DNA of 56,433 nucleotides from positions 1 through 56,433 of the forward strand of contig CAIUUR010000499.1 of the NCBI GenBank assembly GCA_903902345.1, in the 5' to 3' direction. The position numbers were made by a program, and so were the translations under genes. Positions 19,005 through 25,989 of this stretch are shown here, one piece after another. The stretch's first letter is position 1; every line of letters starts with the position of its first letter. The DNA comes from an uncultured Geobacteraceae bacterium. Its GTDB lineage: Bacteria > Desulfobacterota > Desulfuromonadia > Geobacterales > CAIOGM01. Under the pieces are notes generated by a model. That model ran no database searches. It was not told the DNA's origin and saw nothing but the letters and a program-made list of their open reading frames with translations.

Positions 19005-19648
19005 ACCGACATACGGTTTTCTCCGTGCCTCCGTGCCTCCGTGGTTTAACTGTCGTTCTCCTGTTTCTCTGTATGGTTTCCGTCGCAACAACCGCCGTTG
19101 CTGAACCGCTTACCCCCTTGGAGGGGCTGGAACTCCTCCGCCGGGGCTTTGCGGGGATGACCGACTTTACCGCGGAGATAACCCAGGAGAAACAGCTTTC
19201 GATCATGAAAAAGAAGCTGACCTCCACCGGCCGAGTCCGGTTTCGGCGTCCCGGAACCTTTTTCATGGAGATCTTTTCCCCCTATCCCAGCCGTCTCCTC
19301 CTGGAGAACAGCGATCTGACGATCTTCTATCCGGCCGCGAAAAACAGACAAAAAATTCCGCTTCCCGCCGAAGAGGGGCTTGGGCAATGGTTCGCCTACC
19401 TGGACAACCCCATTACCACCCTTCCCGAGGGGTTGCAACTGCAGGCCGAACGCCACGGGGAAAACTGCACACTCAGGATTTTACCCCAGGGAAAGCAGGG
19501 AATACGGGAGTTGACCCTCCTCTTCCTGGATGACGGACGGATCAAAAAGCTTGTCATTCAGGAGCAGAACGGGGACCGCAACAGCATCACCTTCCGGAAC
19601 ATGAAGAAAAACGTGGGGCTCACGGAGAAGGAGTTCCGCCTGGAATGA
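19001..19648 (+). CDS. LolA-like outer-membrane lipoprotein carrier protein
   Basis: GTG at 19001 (GTGA overlap). Signal peptide LTVVLLFLCMVSVATTAVA, then the LolA pattern FTAEITQEKQLSIMKKKLTSTGRVRFRRPGTFFMEI. Confidence 0.75.
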   Translation: MNRHTVFSVPPCLRGLTVVLLFLCMVSVATTAVAEPLTPLEGLELLRRGFAGMTDFTAEITQEKQLSIMKKKLTSTGRVRFRRPGTFFMEIFSPYPSRLLLENSDLTIFYPAAKNRQKIPLPAEEGLGQWFAYLDNPITTLPEGLQLQAERHGENCTLRILPQGKQGIRELTLLFLDDGRIKKLVIQEQNGDRNSITFRNMKKNVGLTEKEFRLE

Positions 19649-22170
19649 AGCATCGTCTACTTGCCTGCCTCAATGCTGCCATCATCGCCCACCTTACCTG
19701 GATCTGGCGGGTATCCGTCCGCTCACCCCGGCAGTTCCTCCTGGGGACACTCCTGCTTCTGGTCCCGGCTCTCTGGGGGGTGACGACCACCCGTTTCGAG
19801 TTCGATATCTTCCGGCTCTTCCCCGCGGAAAAAGGGGCGCTTCGGCTCTTCCTTGACTCCCTGGAGTGGACAGGGAGCGGTCAGGAAGCGTTCTTTGTTC
19901 TGGAAGGGGAGAAGGAGAAGCTGATCCCGGCGGCTGCGGAATTCGCCGGCAAACTCTCTGCTCTCAAGGTGGACGGAAGCCCGGCTTTCAAGAAGGTGAT
20001 CTGGCGGACGATGGATCCGGCTGAGGCTCAACCCTTTGCCGCCTTCATCGGCTATGCCGCCACCCGCCCTGAACTTTTCCTCACTCCACCCGACCTGGCG
20101 GAACTGAAAGCACGGCTCACCCCCCGGGGGATGGACGGTGCGCTTCGGCGCGCCACTACCGAGTTGGCAGGGGAGGGGGGGATGGTCTCCCGGGATCTCA
20201 TTGTCGCCGATCCCCTGGGAATTCGGGAGATGATTCTCCCCCGCCTCCGACAGGGAAGCCGGACCCTGGATCTGGACAGCTCCTCTCCCTATTTTCTTTC
20301 CCGGGACGGCCGGGTCCTGGTCATCATCGCACAGCCGGCCAGGCCGGTGCAGGAGATGGCCTTTGCCCGGAAGCTGGTGGCCGGAATTAATGGTGCTCGT
20401 GCCGGCGCCACGGTGCATATCTCCTGCGCCGGCGCCCATCTGAGCGCGGTCATTGATGAGTCGAGCATGAAGGGGAATATCGTCTCCTGCATCGTCTCCT
20501 CCCTGATCGTGGTTCTGGGGATCTTCTATTTCACCTACCGACGGCTCCTCCCCACGCTCCTCATTCCGGTGATCATCTCCTGCGGCGTCTTCCTCGCGCT
20601 GGGGACGGCCGGGCTCTTTCTCCCCTCCATTCATATCATCTCCTTTGCCTTCACCGCCCTCATCATTGGTCTCGGCACCGACTACTCCATCCATATCTAC
20701 GACCGGTTTTATGGGGAGCGGGCTGCGGGGGTCGATCCGGTGGAGGCGCTCCGGTTGGCCATCGTTGACACCGGTTACGGGGTCTTCACTGCAGCCTTCA
20801 CCACCGCCGTGCCGTTTTTGGCACTCACCATCTCCGACGTCCGGGCTCTCTTCGAGCTGGGGCTACTCGTGGGACTGGGGGTGCTTTTCTCGCTCTATGC
20901 CACCTATTTCTTTTTGCCGCCACTCCTCCTCTTCATGGAGAGGCGTTTTCCGTTCTCCCTCTACCATCCTCTCCCCACCTTCGGCTTGGGTGGACTCTGG
21001 GACCGTTGTCTTCGGTCCCGGCGGTGGATCGCGGTGGTCACCACCCTGCTGATCGTGGTTTTTCTGGCGGCGGCAACCAGGATCGGATTCGAGGGGGATC
21101 TGAAAAAGCTCCAGCCCCGGCAGTCGGAGGCGATGCTGACCCAGGAAAAGATCGAACAGCACCTGAACTTGAGCCCCAAGTCGCTGATGGTGGCGGTGGA
21201 GGGAACCGATCTCAACGAGGTCATGAGCAAGGGGGCCAAGGTAGATACCCTGGCGGAACGGTACCGGCGGGAGGGGGAGCTTGTCGCCTACTCTTCCCTG
21301 GGGCAGATTCTCAATGGACCCCAGCGGCAGCGGGAGATGACGATCCAGCTGGCGACGACCCTGGGAGGAAGCGATCTGTCAGGGAAACTTCGCACCGTCC
21401 TGGAGCGGAGCGGGTTCGATCCTGCCCCCTTTGCACCGGCGTTGGTCGGGGTCGCAGCACTGGCCGAACCCCGAACCGGCGGGGCGGAAGAGGCGGTGAG
21501 GATGCTCTCCGCCTCGCCGCTGAAGGGGATAGTGGAGCGGCATCTGGTCAAGCATGATGGTGTCTGGCGGCTCCTCAGCCATCTTTCCTACCGGGGGAAG
21601 GAGTTTCATCGGGAGCGGTTCCTTGAGGAGTTGGCGATACAGGTTCCCGGCGCGAGGGTAACAGGGATAGACCTGGTGGGTGAGCAGCTCTCCGCGTCGG
21701 TGCGGCGGAGTTTCGGCTGGAGCTTTCTCCTGGGGGGAATCCTCGTGCTCTTCCTCCTGATGTCCCATTTTGATACGCGTGCCGGGATCTATGCCTCGCT
21801 CTTTCCGGTACTTGCCGGAGGTATTGCCATGCTGGGGCTCATGGTTCTCACCGGGATGAAAATTAATTTCATGAATTCCATGGTGGTTGTCACCATCCTG
21901 GGGATGGGGAGCGATTACGGGCTCCATATCTTCCACCGGGCCGGAATCGTCGGACCGAAACAGCGGGATCAGTTTATCCAGGCGGGGCGGGCGGTGTTCC
22001 TTTCGGCTCTTACCACGGTTGCCGGGTTTGGCTCCCTGGCCTTCACCGATTACGGCGCCATGTCTTCCATCGGTTGGGCCACCAACTACGGCGTTATTGC
22101 CACAGTCATTTTTTCCCTGGTCTCCCTGCCGGCGCTCCTGGCGTTTCGTGGTCACTCTCATGGTAACTGA
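19645..22170 (+). CDS. MMPL/RND-superfamily exporter (two 6-TM bundles with large periplasmic loops)
   Basis: 841 aa with two hydrophobic blocks (about aa 280-430 and 690-830), each preceded by a soluble domain. GLGTDYSIH and GMGSDYGLH repeat motifs. ATGA overlap with the LolA-like gene. Confidence 0.85.
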   Translation: MKHRLLACLNAAIIAHLTWIWRVSVRSPRQFLLGTLLLLVPALWGVTTTRFEFDIFRLFPAEKGALRLFLDSLEWTGSGQEAFFVLEGEKEKLIPAAAEFAGKLSALKVDGSPAFKKVIWRTMDPAEAQPFAAFIGYAATRPELFLTPPDLAELKARLTPRGMDGALRRATTELAGEGGMVSRDLIVADPLGIREMILPRLRQGSRTLDLDSSSPYFLSRDGRVLVIIAQPARPVQEMAFARKLVAGINGARAGATVHISCAGAHLSAVIDESSMKGNIVSCIVSSLIVVLGIFYFTYRRLLPTLLIPVIISCGVFLALGTAGLFLPSIHIISFAFTALIIGLGTDYSIHIYDRFYGERAAGVDPVEALRLAIVDTGYGVFTAAFTTAVPFLALTISDVRALFELGLLVGLGVLFSLYATYFFLPPLLLFMERRFPFSLYHPLPTFGLGGLWDRCLRSRRWIAVVTTLLIVVFLAAATRIGFEGDLKKLQPRQSEAMLTQEKIEQHLNLSPKSLMVAVEGTDLNEVMSKGAKVDTLAERYRREGELVAYSSLGQILNGPQRQREMTIQLATTLGGSDLSGKLRTVLERSGFDPAPFAPALVGVAALAEPRTGGAEEAVRMLSASPLKGIVERHLVKHDGVWRLLSHLSYRGKEFHRERFLEELAIQVPGARVTGIDLVGEQLSASVRRSFGWSFLLGGILVLFLLMSHFDTRAGIYASLFPVLAGGIAMLGLMVLTGMKINFMNSMVVVTILGMGSDYGLHIFHRAGIVGPKQRDQFIQAGRAVFLSALTTVAGFGSLAFTDYGAMSSIGWATNYGVIATVIFSLVSLPALLAFRGHSHGN

Positions 22171-23521
22171 TATTCCCCCTCCCTCCGGCACACTCCGGCC
22201 CCGTCTCCTGCTTGTCTACCCGGCGACAGTCAAGCTGGGTTGGGTGAGACGGTTCCAACTCCCCTCCCTGTCGCTTCAGCAGGTGGCTGCTGTCGTTCCG
22301 GCTTCCTGGGAGGTGACCCTGGTGGACGAGGTGCATGAAGATATTCCCTGGGACCGATCGTACGATCTGGTGGGAATCACCGCCATGTCCCATCAAGCGA
22401 CCCGGGCCTACGAGATTGCCGACCGGTTTCGGGCCTGGGGGATTCCGGTGGTTATGGGGGGGATTCACCCCTCGGTCCTTCCGGAGGAGGCGTTGACCCA
22501 TGCCGATTCGGTTGTCGTCGGTGAGGCGGAGCCGGTTATGGAGCGGCTGTTGAACGATTGCCGGGGCGGACAGCTGCAACCGATCTACCGCTCTTCACCC
22601 CCCAGTGACGATCTGCTCACCGTCCCCTGGCCCCGGCGGGAACTCCTGGCCGGGAAACGGTATCTTACCACCCAGACGATTCAGGCCAGCCGCGGCTGTC
22701 CCTACGACTGCCCCTTCTGCACGGTTACCCCCTACTTCGGCCGAAGTTTCCGCTACCGGGACCCGGATGACATTCTGGCGGAGCTCCGTTCCTTCAGTGG
22801 TCGGCTCACGATCTTTCTGGACGACAACATTTTGGGGGACCCGGAGCGGGCTCGCCCGATTCTCAAGGGGATGGTGGGAATGGGACTCAAATGGGGGGGG
22901 CAGGCCAACCTCCGTTTTGCCGAAGATCCTGAACTGGTCCGGTTGGTGGCCGCTTCGGGGTGCATCGGGATTTTCGTGGGGATTGAGACCGCAACCGGTT
23001 CCTATGCCAACCTCCCCAAGAACAGTGGCGGCTCTTCTCCCGCACAGCTGATCCGGCGGGTACGGGACGCGGGAATCGTCCTGGAGGCGTCCCTCATCTT
23101 CGGTTTTGACGATCACGACGAGAGCATCTTTGATCGGACACTTCGTTTTCTGGATGAATGTTCTCCCGGTGTCGCCACCTTCAACGTCCTCACTCCCTAT
23201 CCCGGAACGGCGCTCTTCACGCAGTTTCAGGAGGAGGGGCGGATACTGCACCAGGATTGGAGCCGGTACGATCACTCCCAGGTGGTCTTCCAGCCCAAGC
23301 TCATGACCCCGGACCGTCTCCATCGGGGGTGGCTGGAGGTCCGCCGGGAGGTGTACCGCTGGCCGGCCATCTTTTCTCGCGTACTTTCCTCTCCCAGGGG
23401 GCGGTTCACTACACTGGCTTATAATCTGCTGCGCCGTGGGGGAAATCTCTCTGCTGCCGACCTGGCCATCCTGGCGGCTCATGACCTGTCCGGGACCGGT
23501 TCAGGAGGGAGTTCTTCGTGA
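22160..23521 (+). CDS. B12-binding-domain radical SAM protein, paralog of 11579-12868
   Basis: ATG at 22160 (MVTDIPPPSG...). VGITAMSHQATRAYEIADRFRAWGIPVVMGGIHPS...VVVGEAE and ASRGCPYDCPFCTV. The ORF-track start at 21887 lies inside the MMPL gene. Confidence 0.85.
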   Translation: MVTDIPPPSGTLRPRLLLVYPATVKLGWVRRFQLPSLSLQQVAAVVPASWEVTLVDEVHEDIPWDRSYDLVGITAMSHQATRAYEIADRFRAWGIPVVMGGIHPSVLPEEALTHADSVVVGEAEPVMERLLNDCRGGQLQPIYRSSPPSDDLLTVPWPRRELLAGKRYLTTQTIQASRGCPYDCPFCTVTPYFGRSFRYRDPDDILAELRSFSGRLTIFLDDNILGDPERARPILKGMVGMGLKWGGQANLRFAEDPELVRLVAASGCIGIFVGIETATGSYANLPKNSGGSSPAQLIRRVRDAGIVLEASLIFGFDDHDESIFDRTLRFLDECSPGVATFNVLTPYPGTALFTQFQEEGRILHQDWSRYDHSQVVFQPKLMTPDRLHRGWLEVRREVYRWPAIFSRVLSSPRGRFTTLAYNLLRRGGNLSAADLAILAAHDLSGTGSGGSSS

Positions 23522-24105
23522 TCACTATTCTCAACTTTTCACAGCGGGCGGAGGGGATCAACGACAGGATTTGCGCGGAATTGCTGGCAGGATTTACCGC
23601 ACGGGGAATTCATCCCCGCTACATCAAGGCTCGCGACCTGACGATCGGCTTTTGCAACAACTGCCGAAGCTGTATGCAGGCGGCCGGAGACGAGTTGGGA
23701 GAGTGCCATCTGCCGGACGATATGAAGGGACTCCTGGAGAGTATATTGAAATCCCGTTGCCTCATTGTCTCGGCTCCCATCAACTGTTACGATCTCCCGG
23801 CGCTGCTTCGGGTGATTCTGGAGCGAATGAGCGTCTTCTGCCACTGGCCCGACGACAACTACTCCCCTGCCGTACGGAAAATGCCCAATGAGATCAAGGG
23901 GGTTTTGATTACTACCAGCGCCCTCCCCGGAATCATGGTCCCCCTTCTAACCCGGGCGAGAAAGAGTTTCAGGCTCTTTGCCCGCCCCCTAAGAGTCACG
24001 AAGATCGACTATTATCATCTGGGGTTCAAGGGACGAAAGGCAGACATGATCTATGCGGAGAATGATCGCCGCATCGTTGGAAAGATCATTGCCTCACTTG
24101 CATGA
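23518..24105 (+). CDS. Flavodoxin-fold / NAD(P)H-dependent FMN reductase-like (iron-sulfur flavoprotein-like) protein
   Basis: 195 aa. MITILNFSQRAEG...CNNCRSCMQ...LIVSAPINCYDLPALLRVILERM resembles the flavodoxin-like fold family. GTGA overlap with the preceding radical SAM gene. Last gene of the operon. Confidence 0.55.
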   Translation: MITILNFSQRAEGINDRICAELLAGFTARGIHPRYIKARDLTIGFCNNCRSCMQAAGDELGECHLPDDMKGLLESILKSRCLIVSAPINCYDLPALLRVILERMSVFCHWPDDNYSPAVRKMPNEIKGVLITTSALPGIMVPLLTRARKSFRLFARPLRVTKIDYYHLGFKGRKADMIYAENDRRIVGKIIASLA

Positions 24106-24135
24106 TGAACCGCCGAGGCGCTCTGTTTTTTCCAG

Positions 24136-24483
24136 CTACTGAGGTTTTGGTTTAAGGTCCTTGACCACGGTCCCCTTAACCTTGAAAATATAACCGTTGA
24201 GTACATACGCCCAGAACCACTGTTCTTCTATGACCGGATTGAGCAGCCGGTCCCCCTGCTTGCTTTGGAGTGCCTCATCGTAGGCTTTCTGAAACCTGTC
24301 ATTCTGATTGATGGGAATAATATTAAAGAGCATGATTCCCACAGAGCTTCCCTCACCTTCTCCCATCACCTGATAATCTTTTCCTTCAACTTCTCCCGGC
24401 ATGACGGCATTCATTCTTACCGGGACCGATGAGCAGGCAGACAGTAGAACACCAAGGCTGACGACGGCTAGCATCTTTCTCAT
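24136..24483 (-). CDS. Small lipoprotein, function unknown
   Basis: Start moved to the ATG at 24483, preceded by AGGAGA. MRKMLAVVSLGVLLSACSS gives a lipobox LSAC. Lower GC than the flanks. Confidence 0.6.
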   Translation of the reverse strand: MRKMLAVVSLGVLLSACSSVPVRMNAVMPGEVEGKDYQVMGEGEGSSVGIMLFNIIPINQNDRFQKAYDEALQSKQGDRLLNPVIEEQWFWAYVLNGYIFKVKGTVVKDLKPKPQ

Positions 24484-24520
24484 CTCTCTTCTCCTTTTGG
24501 GAACTGTTATCGTTTTCAGT

Positions 24521-24890
24521 TCAGTAGAGCTTCCGGATGAAGTCGGCGATGTTCTCGCCGCAACTCTTTGCCTGATGCGGAAAGAGATCGTCAAAACTTT
24601 CCATGGTAGCCACTCCCTTGTAACCGGTCTCCTGATCCTCGAAGTTCGCCAGTTCTTTCCCTGATTGGGCGTCGACCATGCGTCCCTTTATTTTCAGATA
24701 TGTCTTCCCGGCGCCGAAACCGACCCAGAACCTGAGTGCGCGGCTGCCACCGTTGAACTCCGTAAAGCTTCCTTCCTGTATGACCGTGTTTCCCTTGGCT
24801 TCTCCACCCCTCTGGATGTTCTTGAACAGTTTACGGATCTTTAGTTCCGCAGAGCCCCAGAAGTACGACCAACAAGAGTAATTTTTGCAT
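24521..24890 (-). pseudogene. Frameshifted small lipoprotein gene (signal peptide and mature part are in different frames)
   Basis: ATG at 24890 (SD AAGGAGG upstream) gives MQKLLLLVVLLGLCGTKDP then TAA (24833-24831). The adjacent frame continues ...ELKIRKLFKNIQRGGEAKGNTVIQEGSFTEFNGGSRALRFWVGFGAGKTYLKIKGRMVDAQSGKELANF...IADFIRKLY to TGA at 24523-24521. The span is 370 nt, not a multiple of 3. Confidence 0.6.
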
Positions 24891-24981
24891 AAATCCTCCT
24901 TTGATTTTGTAAATTATAGCGCAGCAATAGTCAAGATGCACGCAGTTACTTTTTCATAGCTGCCGGTCGGGGGAAAATGTT

Positions 24982-25575
24982 TCAGAATAATTGTGAAATA
25001 CCCACCAGGAAATGGCTGGAATTCAGTGGTTCATTGGGTGTACCGGTGCCGGCGTTGGAGATATGGTGATAGCGGTACTCTCCCACCATTGCCAGGTCCG
25101 GCCGGATGAGGTACTGGAGGCCGGTTCCCCCCTGATAGGAGAAGTTGAGGCTGGTCCCCATGGTGGGAAGATTTAGATTGGTGTAGACAACACCTCCGCC
25201 GGCAAAGGCGTAGGGAAGCCAGGGGCCCAGTGAGGTGAATTTCCAGCTCCCGAGGAAATACGCCCCGGTTATTATCGCGGTTTTAGGATCCATCACCAGG
25301 TGGAGAGGTAGTTCAGTCAGGAGTTCGTGACGTCCCTGGTACCAGGAGCCGACGCCGACCTCGTCGGAGAGAAACCAACCGAAACGGCCGATGAGATCCA
25401 CCGTCTGCACCTGGGTCCGGGTATCACCGAAACCGCGATGGGTGATGCCGTACCCACTGAGGATGGCCAACTCGCTCTTGGCTGAAGCGGCGGTTTCCGC
25501 CGCTTCAGTCGAGGATACGGTGACGAACAGCAACCATGCGGCCCAGAGGCTCCTGCCGAGATATCCACGTTTCAT
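24982..25575 (-). CDS. PagL-like lipid A 3-O-deacylase / acyloxyacyl hydrolase family outer-membrane barrel
   Basis: Signal peptide, alternating beta-strand pattern, conserved YRYHHISNAGTGTPNEPLN (His...Ser catalytic motif of the family), C-terminal ...GISQLF. Confidence 0.7.
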   Translation of the reverse strand: MKRGYLGRSLWAAWLLFVTVSSTEAAETAASAKSELAILSGYGITHRGFGDTRTQVQTVDLIGRFGWFLSDEVGVGSWYQGRHELLTELPLHLVMDPKTAIITGAYFLGSWKFTSLGPWLPYAFAGGGVVYTNLNLPTMGTSLNFSYQGGTGLQYLIRPDLAMVGEYRYHHISNAGTGTPNEPLNSSHFLVGISQLF

Positions 25576-25989
25576 GCTCCGCCCTCCCCTTCCTTCTTCC
25601 TATTTTTACGGTGAATCAAAAGTGTACCTGATTATTACCAATCTGCGGCTACCTGAATCTCCCTCCCCTTCAAGGGGGAGGAACGAAAAAAGCCGGAGAT
25701 TAGTACCAATCAGAAAAGTGTATGCCGCGTAATCTATCCGGTTTCGCTGAGGAAAGCAAACGGAAAGGGGTGGTCATGGCCTCATGCCTATCCGGCGACC
25801 GGGGCGGAATGAGTCGACTACGCTGACAGTGGCAGTGGTTTAGTTTTAATTCGCTTGATAATTAATAAATTTTACATTACTGTTTGCTAAATAAATTAGA
25901 TTGCATTTATTGCTAATCCGGCAATGACGATCGGTAGGGGGACGGCGCACCGTACCCCTACCGACAATAACAAATAAGGAGTAATAATC

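Noticed and set aside
21887-22159. N-terminal extensions given by the ORF track (21887 for the third B12-rSAM; also 18426 for the dehydratase, 18878 for the LolA-like gene, 42430 for rpsF, 44942 for the NlpC/P60 gene, 24594 for the small lipoprotein).
   Set aside because: The extensions lie inside the preceding gene or lack protein-like composition. Internal starts give ATGA/GTGA coupling, signal peptides or canonical family N-termini.
24678-24881. 67-aa plus-strand ORF.
   Set aside because: It lies antisense to the frameshifted lipoprotein gene, which has an SD, a lipobox and family-like mature sequence. The plus-strand ORF has no supporting signal.
25730-25870. c-di-GMP/cGAMP (GEMM-I-type) riboswitch in the long leader, since these are common in Geobacter-like genomes.
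   Set aside because: Only a GCAAAC fragment resembles the consensus. The conserved GGGCAAACC / GGGACGCAAAGCC cores and the paired P1/P2 architecture could not be found by eye. An Infernal scan is needed before any claim.
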